IMG/VR virus record: IMGVR_UViG_3300036851_000176 | Location: 82,626-146,625 of that record | Direction: 5' to 3' (one strand) | DNA length: 64,000 nucleotides | From: a virus | In this document: in pieces, positions 35,381 through 47,600 of the stretch | Layout of the letters: the number at the start of each line of letters is the position of its first letter | Position numbering within the stretch: the stretch's first letter is position 1 | The notes under the pieces: generated by a model | What the model was told of the DNA's origin: nothing | The model's input: the letters and a program-made list of their open reading frames with translations, nothing else | The model's database searches: none | Program-made: the position numbers and the translations under genes

Positions 35381-35409
35381 ACCTTATCGATTTTGTGGGC
35401 GTTTGTCAA
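35381..35409 (-). promoter_or_regulatory. Sigma70-type promoter following a terminator hairpin
   Basis: TTGACA-17 nt-TAAGGT; upstream hairpin GGAGAGGGGCC...GGCCCTTCTCC followed by ACTTT. Confidence 0.7.
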
Positions 35410-35466
35410 AGTGGAGAAGGGCCAGGGTGGCGGTCCCGGCCCCTCTCCTCGCGCGCGGCGCGATCC

Positions 35467-35889
35467 TTACGGACGATCGAAGTTCGGAATGAGCGCCTCG
35501 GGCTTGAAAATCACGCGATAGCGCGATGTTGAGACCTGGACGGGTTCGAGCTGCTCCACGACGAAAGACACGTTGTCGGAGAGGCCGAGGAAGGTCTTTT
35601 TGTAGCCGACCTTGCCGGTCTTGGCGTCCACCACTCGGCAGGTCACTTCGAGAGCACCGGCGAGTCCTGAGTCCGTCGTCTCGACGGAGCAGTATCCGAC
35701 AACCTCGAACAGGTACTTGTCCGTGATGCCGTTGATGCCGACGATGTGACGCGGAATTTCGAACTGCTCAGCCGCGACCGAGAGGTTGTGTGCCGCCACG
35801 TCTGCGTCGGACGGACCGCAACCGGAAATCACGAGTGATGTCGCCAGTGCTGCGAGGGCGACAAGGATGACGGTGATGCGCTTTCTCAT
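35467..35889 (-). CDS. Phage lipoprotein
   Basis: Signal peptide with lipobox ISGC; SDADVAAHNLS...INGITDKYL...FKPE. Confidence 0.75.
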   Translation of the reverse strand: MRKRITVILVALAALATSLVISGCGPSDADVAAHNLSVAAEQFEIPRHIVGINGITDKYLFEVVGYCSVETTDSGLAGALEVTCRVVDAKTGKVGYKKTFLGLSDNVSFVVEQLEPVQVSTSRYRVIFKPEALIPNFDRP

Positions 35890-35912
35890 TTGATTCCTTT
35901 CGTCGAGGGGTT

Positions 35913-38900
35913 TCAGAAGGGAATTGTTCCTTCGATGCGCTCGTAGCGAGCTGTAACGGGGAGACAGGATCTGATCCACGAGCCGCGACCGAGAGCCTTG
36001 ACCTGCGCCACGTTGTGTTCCTCGTACTGCGTAGGCACGTCTACGAGATCACCGATTTTGAGATCGAGACCGGGATCCTCGTAGCAGTAGAGAGACGAGG
36101 AATAACTGCCCCCGATGAACTCGACGCGGACATACGTGCCGAGGTCCTCTTCTTCGAGATCGAATTCACCCTCGATTACGAGGCCGACGATCTCCTTGCC
36201 TTCGAGCAGTTCGTAAAACTCGAACCCCTCTCCGGCGTCTTCGATGATGAACTTGCGCTTCATTCGTCGTCCCTTCTGAGCAGGAGTGTTGTCGATGAGT
36301 CCTGATCGATCTGTCCGAACAACTCGCGATCGGCGAAGATCGATCCTTCGGTGGCCTCGAACAGTTCGATGATGATGTCATCGAGGTCCATCCATTCCTT
36401 GATGTCGATCACGTCAGGATTGTCGTTGACGAACACCAACACCTTGTCCCGGTCGTATTCGTACTCCTCGGTGATCGTGCGCTTAAGGATGTACTGCATC
36501 ACGGACCCATCTTCGGGAAGAGGGGAGGGCCGATCCAGACTCCGTGAATCCATCTCCCCAACATAGGCTTCGGCTTCTTCTTCATCTCAGCCGTCACAGT
36601 GAAGGTCGGCTCGATGAGAGTCGAGTCTGCTTCCGATGCTCAGGGTGCGCCAGTAGGACGGCGCCACGCAGACTAGGGAGTACGTCTCGTACCACCCGTC
36701 GTACGTGTAACGATTACCTGGCAGCGGCTCGATGTAGAGGGCATAGTCGTAGTTGCCCGCCTCCGAGCACTGCTCTACGTATGGAACGGCAGAGAGCATC
36801 GTGCATTCCTCATGCGAGCCCTCAGGAGCGATCCGCGCGGTGACGATGCCGACGTAGTGCGGAGTGTAGTTCGGACTCCGAATGTCCCTCTCGGGTCTGC
36901 CGTTATCGTTGCTACCGCCGCACCCGGCGAACAGGAAGGTGATCGGAACGAGAAGCAGCAGCCGCTTCATGACTGCTTGAGATCTTCGAGGTCGATTCGA
37001 ATGTCCGAGAGCGTCTGCTGAACGCTCGCCAGGTCTGCCTCTCGGATCGAATCGTTCATCTTGGTCCAGACGCCACCGTCCGGGTTGCCCTCTTCGAGGG
37101 TGAAGTGGCGGTGGCGATAGACCATGTCATGAAGGTTGCCGACGAGGCTTGAGAGCACTACCACCGCGTCGATGATCTGGTCCAGAGCCGGGTCGCTGAT
37201 GGTGACCTTGCGCTCCATCAGCCCACCATCTCCTCTGCTTCTAGTTCCTCGCGGATCTCGTCGAGGTCGAGGCCGTATGCGTCGGCGATCTCTTGTGCCG
37301 ATCGATCCAGGAGTTCTTCGATCCCGACAGCGATGTCCATGCCATCGATCGGCTCCTTGATCTCTGCACCGCTGATGATGTCCTCGCCGTTGACCGCTAC
37401 GACGAAGTACGACGTGCCGGGGTGGGCGAGGAAGTTGATGAGGCTCAGGCGAGTCTTGGTCTGATTCAGACCCTCGTCGAGAAAGCTCGCGGCGTCGTAC
37501 GCCTCTTCGCGTTGCTTGATCAGCGAGATCGCTCGCTCCTGTTCGTAATCGACCATCTCGTAGAGGTGGTCCCGATCTGCCGCCACGACGTTGAGTTGAT
37601 CCTCCAAGTCGATGAGGAGACTCTTGCGTACGAATCCGAACATCAGATTGCCTTTCTGTAGTGGAGCGTTCCGTGAACGTTGAGTCTGCCGAGAAGGTAA
37701 GGTCTGTACTTCAGGTTGCGCCCGATGTTGAGTTCATCCTCTCGCTTCAAGTTGTCGAACTGGATCTGAGACATCTCTCGATAGACCGCTCCGAGGATGC
37801 GGCCGATCTCTTCGTAACTGCCGTCCAGTTCCAGCGTGAAGCCAGAGATCGGCGTGTCTTTCAGAGGCTCTGATTCCACTCCTCTTCCCTCTTCTCTAGT
37901 CGCTTGATCTCGGCCCAGATGATGCCGCGCTGCCTAGGCGTCTTGGCTTTGTCGTACTTCTTCATCAACTCAGTTCGACGATCGATCAGCTTCTTCTGCT
38001 CGTCGTGCATCAGGCCGACAGGGAACTTGCCACGGCACTTCGAGCAGACGATGTACATCTCCCACAACACTCCCGTAGGCTTCCGCCGCTCGACCTGAAT
38101 GAGCGCCCCGGCTGCATTGCAGTTCGGGCAGTCATCCGTGCCGAGTTTCTCTACGGTTGGGTTCGCCACAGGTCTTGAGGAGACCATCGAACGGAGGTTA
38201 GCAGAAAGGCCCGGAAAGTCAAGAGGCGGGCGGCAAGATCGTCGTCCCGGGTTCGTACTCGTTGAGTCGAGGACGAAGGCAAGTTGCACACTGGCTTCGA
38301 TAGCCAGGCTGGGGGCCATGTTCCGGGCAGCACCAGGGCTGAGGGGCTGGCTTCATCTTCTTCTTCTGGATCATGTTGCCTCCAAAGCCGCGCTTGCTCT
38401 CGCTGTACTCAGTCATCCCGCTCTCGAAGCATCCCTTGCAACTTGTCGGCCAGGTCTGCTGCACTCATGTTCGGCTGATTGAAAGGGAGGTAGTGCTGCT
38501 GAAGTTTCGATCGCAGTTGCTCGAACCAATCTCCATTCATCAGCGGGTAAAGTCTGGCTTCTCGAATCGCGTCGAGTGCCGCCTTCAGGTTCGCGATCTC
38601 GTACCCGTCGAGCCAAACGTGCGCTCCGTTCCCGTCAGCGAACGAGCACGGTCCAAGATGACCCTCCTCGCGACCGCATACCTGCGCGTGAACAGTCTCG
38701 GTGTAGCGCGTGCTCTGGCAGAGTCTTCTCATTACCCGCAGGCACAATCGCCGCAACCGCCAACACACGAGCCGGGAAGCGACTTCGTTCCGACGATCAG
38801 AGAGAAAACCTGATCAGCGATATTTTGCGCGGGCGTCAAGATAACATAGCCCTCTTCGTCCTCTTCGAGATCCTCGATCTTCGGATCAAAATCAGCGTGG

Positions 38901-39390
38901 AACTCTACGCCCGCATCGGAATCTTCGAAGGTGAAGGTGACTTTTGCCATGCGATCAGTATAGACGATTAGGAGGGGAGCGAGAAGGTCAGGGCGTATGG
39001 CTCGGGACCAACTTCGATCTTCCAGCCCGCACTCGCGTACGAATCCTTGATCTTTCCGATGTCGTCGTCTTCGAGCATGAACCGAAGAAGATCAACGATC
39101 ACGCTCGCCTCTCCGTCGTCGATGATTGCTCGACCGATCAGAGCTTCGATGTGATCGTAAGCAGGCTTAATCCTTTGCTGCTCGCGCTTCATTTGTTGCA
39201 TCGCACGCGCCATGCTGGCGGAGGTCACTTTTCCCTTCGACTGAGGAGGATCGATCTCGATGACATCAGGAGGCCCGCCCACATCTGCCGATCCCCGACC
39301 GGTGATGGGGGTGCTGAGCAAGCGCTCCTCTTCATCAAACAGTGCCTCGTTCGCTCCGATAACCGGGATCACATCATCGTCTTCGTCCAT
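35913..39390 (-). other. Run of hypothetical genes (35913-36263, 36260-36553, 36587-36970 lipoprotein, 36967-37218, 37218-37643, 37643-37879, 37861-38187 Zn-finger, 38409-38732, 38732-38950, 38968-39390)
   Basis: Mostly coupled minus-strand ORFs; lipobox FAGC in 36587-36970. Confidence 0.6.
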
Positions 39391-39519
39391 GCGCTTACCT
39401 TAGCAGAAAAGGGGCGAAAAGTAATCGCCCCGGGGGCGTCAACAGCTCGAAAGCCGGACTGCAACCCCGGGGCGCTGTCCCCTCGTCCGGAATACTACAC
39501 GAAGGTTTACTTGTCTGCA

Positions 39520-39696
39520 CTATCCGCGACAGATGTGGGTGTACCGGCTCTTGCTGCTGTTGATTGTGATGATCCGGTAGCACTGTGCGCAACGGCCGGT
39601 TGTGCGCTCGATTCCGAGCCTCTTCATGTAGGCGGCGCGCGCCTTGTCCTTCGCGCTTCGACGCGCGGCGGCGCCGCCCTGACTGGACTGAGCCAT
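39520..39696 (-). CDS. Small basic Cys/His protein (58 aa)
   Basis: RBS GGAAGGAGGTGA; MAQSSQGGAAARRSAKDKARAAYMKRLGIERTTGRCAQCYRIITINSSKSRYTHICRG. Confidence 0.7.
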   Translation of the reverse strand: MAQSSQGGAAARRSAKDKARAAYMKRLGIERTTGRCAQCYRIITINSSKSRYTHICRG

Positions 39697-39787
39697 GCGT
39701 GTTCACCTCCTTCCTAGCGACTTCTGGTCGTCGCTAGGCGCTCAACAACACGCATATGTGGCTCACCTCCTTAGAACTCGCGGGCGT

Positions 39788-39820
39788 AAAGAGGGGCCAC
39801 CCCGCTAAGAGCGGCCCCTC
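39788..39820 (-). terminator. Intrinsic terminator-like hairpin
   Basis: GAGGGGCCGC...GTGGCCCCTC-TTT. Confidence 0.6.
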
Positions 39821-40000
39821 GACACTGGCTGACGAACCTTCTCTGGTGCGCCTACGAGATTCCTCTGCCTCGGCTGCCCTCAGAAAGCGCGGCTCTGCAT
39901 GACCCGGTGACCAAACCGGCCGTAGGACGAGTGTTCGTGGCCCTGTGCTGTTGTCAGAGTATCATCTTGCGTTTCCCTTGTGCAAGACTATGATCAGAAC

Positions 40001-40237
40001 ATGCAACCAGACCTGAGCGATCCATATTTCCAGGCTGGCCTCATTTCAAGCGGCTATGCGCAACTCGCCGAACAGCTCAAGTGTCTGACGAAGCGCATGA
40101 AGGAAGATCTAGAGTGGACGGAGACCGAGGCGCGCTCTGTCCTCTACCTCGTCGGCGTCCCCAAGGATCTTGCCGACGCTTCGCTCGTCATCACGTATCA
40201 CCGCGAGGAACTCCTCGCAGAATGCAGCGGGCGCTAG
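40001..40237 (+). CDS. Hypothetical protein, leaderless and divergent
   Basis: TATGAT-6 nt-ATG. Confidence 0.55.
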   Translation: MQPDLSDPYFQAGLISSGYAQLAEQLKCLTKRMKEDLEWTETEARSVLYLVGVPKDLADASLVITYHREELLAECSGR

Positions 40238-41369
40238 GGACCTAAGATCACGTAAGGCGTCTCTGGCGGTTCAGGGCCGTCGTATTTGTCCACCCAGTCA
40301 ATGATCGCGAAACGGCGCCGCTGCCCCCAGCATCCCGGAAAAAGCGCCACAGAGTAGTCAAGCAGCGCTCCGTTCGCGATAATCGTTGCGTCGAGTTCGT
40401 CCTGAGCCTCGACAATCACCGAAGCCCGCTCTTGTGTGCGCCGCTGGTCGTTGTACGCGATCCAGAGACTCATGCCCAGGCGGGGATGCAGTTACAGTCC
40501 GCGCTGTTTTGAGTCTTGACCGCTCGACACTTCGGATTGTGAAGAGGCACAGCCGGTCCGCGCATAGGCTCTTCCAAGACTCGTTTCGCCATATCCCTGA
40601 TGTCCTGAATCGGATCAGCGTCTGGCCGCGACCAGGAAAGAGTCTCGAACTTCAAGTCCTTGAAATCGATCGTCATCGGGATCAGTTCGATCTCACCGCG
40701 CTCGATTTTCTCGCGAACCGCACGCTGCGCGTCTGTCTCAGGAGGTACGAGTGGCACCTGACCTCATATCCACAGCTTCGGGGAACCACCGCCAGGGAAC
40801 GTCCGTGCGGTAGACCTGGAAGTCTTCTTCGTCTCGATCGATCTCCAAAAGGTCCCCGTTGGGCTCTTGCTCGTAGTAGATCTTTTCCGGCCAAAACACG
40901 ACGATGTAGTCAATCCCGCCGAAGTTGAAGTCTCCGACGATGCGTGGCCGAACGTCTCGCTCAGGATCCAACATCGACATCCTCTGCTGTGTACTGCGAG
41001 TCGTCCATAACTTCGAGCGTTACCGCGACCCTACAGCGCAGGCCATCGAGCAAGAATTCTACGCACCATGTCGGCCCGTACCATCCCTGATTCAAGAGGG
41101 TTGCTCCTTTAGGAATCAAGCAGTCGCGGGTCACCTTCGGCAACCTAATCTCTCGATACTGAACGAGGTTAGTCATTCTTCCCTCGACAGAGATGCATTG
41201 CCGCGCCGATCAAGTATATGACCGCGATGGCCTGATGTCTTCGATGCATGCGAGTGACGCTCGTGATCTTCGGCAGCATCCCTCGATAAGCCAGCGCTTC
41301 CCACGCACCAAGAGCGATCACTGTCGCTCCGTAGAACTCACGACGTGCGCGGTCCAGGCTCATTCTCAA
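40234..41369 (-). other. Five small hypothetical genes (40234-40473, 40470-40757, 40738-40980, 40961-41176, 41169-41369)
   Basis: Coupled or overlapping ORFs. Confidence 0.55.
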
Positions 41370-41372
41370 ATT

Positions 41373-41981
41373 CTACACTTGGTCAAAGACGCCGTAGTAA
41401 GCCTTGCCGACGCAGCCGCCCTCGTTCATGTACTCGACGAATCCGCGAGACCCGAACCACTCGTTCAGTTCGTCGGCCGTGAGGGTGTGCGGGTGGCCGG
41501 TATGGGGCGGTGTCTCGATCCAGTCGAAGATGCGCACTCGCTTCGCCATGCGGCGGGCGTTGGCGATCACCTTCGCTGGGTTCTCGACGTGCTGCAAGAC
41601 GTTGTAGATCCACGCCTCGTCCCAGAAATGCTTGGTCCGCTTGACCTTCGAGTTGAACTCCTCGGCGGGCAAGTGATTGACCGCGATTCCGCAAGTCTCG
41701 TAGCGATGGTCAACCCATCCCGGGAAGCGGCAAGGATCGATGATCAGACCCTCTCGCAGGTTCTTGCACTTGAGGAGCAGCGAGGCCGGTCCACCGCCGA
41801 TGTCCACGATGCGACGATCCATGGCGTCGAACACCGGCCAGTGGCCCTCTGGGTCCTGGTACGGATCGCCCAGGCCCATCTTGCGCGCGTAGACGAGTTG
41901 CTTGAGTTCCTCGTTGAGCGTCCACTGGCACTTACCCCACCAGTTGCGCTCCCAGTCCTGAACGCTCTCAGGCATCGCCAT
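41373..41981 (-). CDS. Class I SAM-dependent methyltransferase
   Basis: IVDIGGGP; YNVLQHVENP. Confidence 0.8.
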   Translation of the reverse strand: MAMPESVQDWERNWWGKCQWTLNEELKQLVYARKMGLGDPYQDPEGHWPVFDAMDRRIVDIGGGPASLLLKCKNLREGLIIDPCRFPGWVDHRYETCGIAVNHLPAEEFNSKVKRTKHFWDEAWIYNVLQHVENPAKVIANARRMAKRVRIFDWIETPPHTGHPHTLTADELNEWFGSRGFVEYMNEGGCVGKAYYGVFDQV

Positions 41982-42291
41982 CGAAGACGTGCCACACTGT
42001 GCCGTTGTCGTGGACTGCTGTTCCGATGAACCGTCCGTGCCCGTAGCGCGGCGCGTCGAACTTCTCGCCAGTGTTGACGACGATCAGGCGTCGGCGTTCG
42101 TCGTGGATGCTTGAGATTCGGTCAGCTACGAGCATGACCCACAGAACCATCTCGTCTCCCTGAAAACCGACGCTGAGAATCTCGGAGCGCGGCGGGATCT
42201 CCACATAGGAACGCCCGCGCGAGTCGGGGCGCTCGATCGGGAACTTCCAGACGACGGCCGGTACCTCTTCGCTGTAGTGAATGTCGCTCAT
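41968..42291 (-). CDS. Conserved-looking phage hypothetical protein
   Basis: VWKFPI...ILSVGFQ...NTG...FIGTA...VWHVF. Confidence 0.6.
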   Translation of the reverse strand: MSDIHYSEEVPAVVWKFPIERPDSRGRSYVEIPPRSEILSVGFQGDEMVLWVMLVADRISSIHDERRRLIVVNTGEKFDAPRYGHGRFIGTAVHDNGTVWHVFDGDA

Positions 42292-43151
42292 CGTGTCAGG
42301 AGGTAGATGGTTCCGCCGAGCAGCGCTCCGCCCCAGAGGATCACGGCCCACCGGACGATTCGCTCGAAGAGTGCGATCAGTTCGCCGGGAATCATCTGTG
42401 CGCTCGGTTGTCGGGGACAAGCCAAGCGTGGTAGTCGTTCTCTTCCTCGTGGTACGACGCGAGATCGTTGGTGAGTAGGCGACAGAGCCAGCGAGCGAGT
42501 CGTAGTCTCACCACCAGCCTCCATCTTCGTCGGTCTCCCGATCTTCGTCCGCCGTCACTTCGACGTGATGATCCCAGGCCCGATCGGCAGCATCTTCGTC
42601 CTCATGCCCGCCGCTGAACCACTTGCAGTAGTGACAACCGATCTCGATCGTGTCATCGTCCATGTAGTTCTCGTAGCGAGAGTGGTCGGTCACGGCTCGA
42701 TGCTCTGATCTGCGCACAGAATCTCGTAGATCTGGCGCGTCCAGTCCTTCGAGACCTTCTTCGCCTGGCCCGCCAACCTCCAGCGGAGACGCCAGAGCGC
42801 GAAGCGAGACATCTCTCTCATGAGTTTCTCTTCCGCAGTTCGTCACGGATGTCCTTGAGCATGTCCTTGACTCCGTACAAAGACGGGCTGGCCGCGCTGG
42901 CTACGAACAGCAGGACGAAAATGATGAGCATCCCATGATGCAGATAGACCTCTCCGTCGTGGTACGAGAGGATGTGGACGGCGATCACTCGGGCACCTGA
43001 ATGTACACGCGGTGCCAGTTGGTGTGATAACCGCCGTCTAGGACAGCCTCGACCGACACGATCGTCTCGCCCTCGTTCAGTTCCACGTCGTAGTCCTTCG
43101 TGGTGTCGTCGGCCCCGTTCAGGGCCTCGAAGTATGCGATGCGGATCTTCA

Positions 43152-44546
43152 TCAGTCTTTGTACGGATCGAAGGTGTCGGGCGACGCCATCACGACGCCG
43201 AGAGGTCGCAGCACTTCGAGCACTTCGATGTTCGAGTGCGCCTCGATCACGTCAGCCAGCGGCTTGTACACGCCCGGGCTTTCGTCCGCCCCCGCTCCGA
43301 GCACGCAGATTCCGCGACCCTTGAGGTCGTCGCGCGCGAAATCCCAGTCGATCGCGGCCGTGCTCTTGTCGCGCGTGCGCACCTTGCGCATTTTGTGCTC
43401 GTGCTCGGGCGGCGGCTTGTTTCCCTCCGAGCGAACCTGGAAGTCACAGTCGCGCTCACTACATACCCACATCTTGCGCAACTTGCCCGCCGCAGCAGTG
43501 CGGGACATGACGCGACCGGCCCCATGAGGGGCGCTGCCGATCGCGCCAATGTCCACGACAGTTTTTCCGTTTCGAGACCAGTCCTCATAGGCATCGAGTT
43601 CGATCTCTGACGGAGGCCAAGAAACCTTTCCCTTCACGATCACGCTGATGTCTCCCATGCTTCCGCCGATGAAGGCGGGTTCTGTTGTCAGCGGAGTCGC
43701 CCCCTTGCGCACAACCCATAGCCCGTTCTCGAACCACGCGTAATTGTGATGGTTGTGGACGGTCGCTGTCACTTCGGGATTTCCGAGGATGCCAAGCACC
43801 TGCTCGATTACGAACTCGCGACCTGCATATGCGTACTCGCCCGCGAGTTGCATCGCAGCAACATAGAATGTTCCGAGTTCTTCTTTCGTGCTGAACACGA
43901 CCCCGTTCTCGCTCTCTTTCGTTCGATCGGTGAAATCGAGACCTTCAGCTGCGGCCATGAACCCGGAAGCGATCGAGTGTCCAAGTCCGCGCGAGCCGAA
44001 GTGGTTCGCGATCCAGACGTTGCCTTCGTCGTCGTAGAGCAAGTCCACGTAGTGATTGCCGGAACCGACCGTGCCGAGTTGGGCGCGAGCCTTCTCCTTC
44101 AGGTCCGTTCCAAACTGTCGGTTGATTTCGCTCCAAATTGCGGAGTCGAAAAGTTCATGTTCAACAGGCGTTTTGCTCTTTCCGCCAACACCGAACTCGA
44201 CCTTCTTCTGGATCTCGCGCATGATTGGCTTGAGCCGTTCGACGAACAGGTCAGGCTTCGCGTAGTCCTCGACATCGGTCACGTCCACGAGTTCGTTGAC
44301 GGTGAGGTCCGTGCGCACGGCCATGTTCCCGCACGCGATGTCGTATCCGACGCCAGTCGGGCTGATGTGGTCCTCGTAGGCCACGACGCCGCCGATGGGC
44401 ATCGCGTAGCCGAGATGGTGGTCGGCCATCAAGGCGCCCTTGACCGCCCCCGGGTGGCTCAGACAGTTCGCCATCTGATCGATGGCGTTCTCGTAAGGCT
44501 CGATGCCCTCGGGGTGGAAGACTGTGAAGTTTGGGGTATCAATCAC
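43152..44546 (-). CDS. rtcB: RtcB RNA ligase
   Basis: DHHLGY.MPIGG, GVGYDIACG, QLGTVGSGNHY, HFGSRG, HNHHN, RKGAT, GSMG, HGAGR, DESPGVYK. Confidence 0.95.
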   Translation of the reverse strand: MIDTPNFTVFHPEGIEPYENAIDQMANCLSHPGAVKGALMADHHLGYAMPIGGVVAYEDHISPTGVGYDIACGNMAVRTDLTVNELVDVTDVEDYAKPDLFVERLKPIMREIQKKVEFGVGGKSKTPVEHELFDSAIWSEINRQFGTDLKEKARAQLGTVGSGNHYVDLLYDDEGNVWIANHFGSRGLGHSIASGFMAAAEGLDFTDRTKESENGVVFSTKEELGTFYVAAMQLAGEYAYAGREFVIEQVLGILGNPEVTATVHNHHNYAWFENGLWVVRKGATPLTTEPAFIGGSMGDISVIVKGKVSWPPSEIELDAYEDWSRNGKTVVDIGAIGSAPHGAGRVMSRTAAAGKLRKMWVCSERDCDFQVRSEGNKPPPEHEHKMRKVRTRDKSTAAIDWDFARDDLKGRGICVLGAGADESPGVYKPLADVIEAHSNIEVLEVLRPLGVVMASPDTFDPYKD

Positions 44547-44638
44547 GAAGGGGGAGTGGGGCGGATGCTGACACCCGCCCCAGAGAGAGGAGGTCTCTCG
44601 CTTGCAGGTTCTGAGACTAGATCAAATCGAACGATTTG

Positions 44639-47600
44639 TCAAGCCTTTTCGGCGCCAGCGAGGAACTTCTCGTAGGCTCCGTGCCCGTCTCCCATGATTT
44701 CGACCGTCTCGGCGACCGTCGTGCGCTTCGTGTTCTCGAAGTTCACGATCCGTAGCCGCCAGAGCGTCTTGGCGAGAAGGTGCGGAATGCGAATGGCGAA
44801 CCCTGTGCCCAGTTTCCAAGGCAGACAGGCTGGCTTGCCATCAATGGTGATGAAGAGTGTCTTCGTCCCCGTCTTGAGTCCCTTGCCAGCCGGGATCCGC
44901 TCTGTGTTGAGAATTAGGTACCTCGTCATGCTTGCCTCCTTTGGATGGCGCGTCGGCCTCTGCTCGACGCTGCAATCCAGAAAGGCTAGCAGGCCGATTC
45001 GAAATCCAGTTCGCTAGGTTCAGCAGCGCAATCAGTGGTCCGAGGAGAATCAGGCTGACGATCAACAAAGCGAAGCCGAGAATGATCACTCCCGCTGCAA
45101 TTCCGAATGCGTAGAAGATCACGCTCGGGAACAGGAAGAACACGATGATCGCCTCGATCCCCAGAACCAAAGCGGCAGATTGGGTGATACGAAGTATCAT
45201 CGCTTGAACGGACTCTCGCGCTCCAAGTCGGCGGCTTCTTGCTCGAGCTGGGTGAGCCGAACCTCAACAACGGGAGCCGTAACTGATTGTTTCGCATCGG
45301 CAGGCTTAGGAGGGGGCTTCGTTGGTTCTTTGAGCAACGAGATCGCCGCGTTGTCGAGCACGTATCGCGCCCAATCCGTGACATCCATCTCGTAGAAGTC
45401 GGCCATGCGCTGATACGCCGCCAGGTTCTCGGCAGGAACTCGAATCGTGAGGCGCGGGTTGCCCTTACCGGCCAATGGGACTCTCCACGAGCGGCAGCAA
45501 CTTCCCCGCCACCATCGGCTGATAGTGGTACTGGCGGTAGCGAAGGTTTCCGGCGCTATCGTGCTCGCGCCGAAGGAGTCCGGATCGAACGAAGCCCTCG
45601 CAGACAGAGCACAGGCACTCGAACTCCTGCCAACTTCCCCACTCCATCGTGAGGTTCGCGCGCTGGGAGTCGATGCCGCAGGCCATGCAGCGAGCGTCGG
45701 CCATGTTCACGGGAACTGGTTCTCCAGTTGCGAGATCACGATCGCGCTGTTCTCCAGCGCCTCCGCCAACTCTTCTTGATTGAGATCCTCCGGGTAGCGC
45801 GCCGTGTCCACCTTGCGCGCCAGGCCGATCAGGTGCTTGCGAAAGTCGCTCGCCTTGCAGTACATGTACTCGCCCTTGTGGCGAACGATGACGATGTGGA
45901 TCTGCTCGACCGGCTCTCCGATGTCACACATCGTGAGTGACCTCCTCGATGTCCTCGTCCGCATCCCATCCGTCTACAATCCTCTTGAGGAACTTCGCCC
46001 CTTCAGCCGAAACTGTCGGAAGATCCTGACCGAACATTCCCACGGATTGAATCCCGACCACATCAAGAGCCTCCTCGACCTTCACCAGGCGCTCAACTCG
46101 ATCGACAAGTTCTTCGAGAAGTTCCACGTCCGCGCCATCCAGTTCGAGGCGCATGACGTTTCGCTTGTTATCCTCCGGTGTGGTCGCGAAGATCTTCACG
46201 CTATTCCTTCCATGCCACGCCACCGCGCTCGCGCTCTCTGCGCTCCCTGTGCAGTTCGAACGCCTCTGCTGCTTCTCCGCGCAGCACGGCCAATTGGGCC
46301 TCTAGTTCTCGCTTGTGGGTCTGCACTCGCGCATGATCGGCTTCAGCTTCATCGAGTGCCAACTCGCGCGCGGCGACGATACTCTCCAAACGGATCAGGC
46401 TTCGCTCGTCGTCGGAAATCAGATCGAGGATCTGCCGCTGGTCGGGCGAGACGGAACCCAAGCGGATCTCTTCGTCTCTACGATCACGTTCCTCCCGGAG
46501 AGCAGTCAGGTATCCGACCGAGCGCTCGCGAGGGGGCCGGTTCTGGAGTTCGTCCGTCAACTCCCTGTACGTCATCTTCGTGACGGTGCTAGTCATCGCG
46601 TCCACTCCTGGCCCCTGCCCTCCAACTCGGCGAAAGTCGCGGGCATCCGACACCCGAACTCGTTGCAGTCGATCTCCCCGATGTGCCGGTACTTGATGCC
46701 GAGCAGATCGAGCATCTTGCTCTCGTCGATCGAGTGGCCCTCGTACAGCAACTTCCCGTCCTCGTACAGGCCGATCCAGTCGCCCTCATCGTTACTGACA
46801 AGAGCGTACTTCGTATGCTGCCGCTCCAGCCGCAGAATCGCGGCCTCGATCTCGATTTCGTTCGGCTCGTTCATCTGTCTCCCTCGTTGTTTAACGCGAT
46901 TTTCAAGCCCTTTTCTTCGGCTCTCCAGACGAGCCACTTCTCCATGTTGAAGGAGAGAACGTCCGCAGGCTCCGCGCGCAGTTCCGGATGGGCCTTCGAG
47001 AACTCGATCGCCTCCACAAGCAGGTCGAGAACCCGATCCAACTCCTTGTCCTTGTCCCGCTCGGAGTGGAAGGCGTCGAATGGATACACCCACTTCTCGT
47101 AGTGGTGCGCGGCCTTGTCGAGGCGGTCGAGCATCCGCTCCATCTTCTGCTCGGGTGAGTGTCTGAACAGGCCCATCATTCCTCTCCTAGAACGTCCGCT
47201 AGAAAGTCGTCTACATTCTTGATCGGAGGACGGGCCAGGATCTCTTCGGATGCCAGGGATCTTGGGTCGCGGTCAGCTGGTATGCACTGACCTTCGTGGC
47301 CCTCGTTGAGGATGCAGCGCTGGTTCATCTGCCCGTCGTAGATCTCGTGAGGACAACGAATGTCCGAGAAGGTGCTCACGATGGATGACCCTCTTGTCCG
47401 CGAGCGAGGACTCGGGACTCGGCGTAGCGAGCGTGCAAGACGGCAAAATTCCCTTCGAGGAGAGCGCCTTCGCATATGTCGCACAGCGAAACCGACTCTC
47501 GGTACGGATCTCTCTGAGAACCTTTGTCCGAACCGACAGGTACGCCCCTGGCGCCCAGGCTCAGACAATTTAGGCACAGCCGGACTCCGGGAATGTCGCT

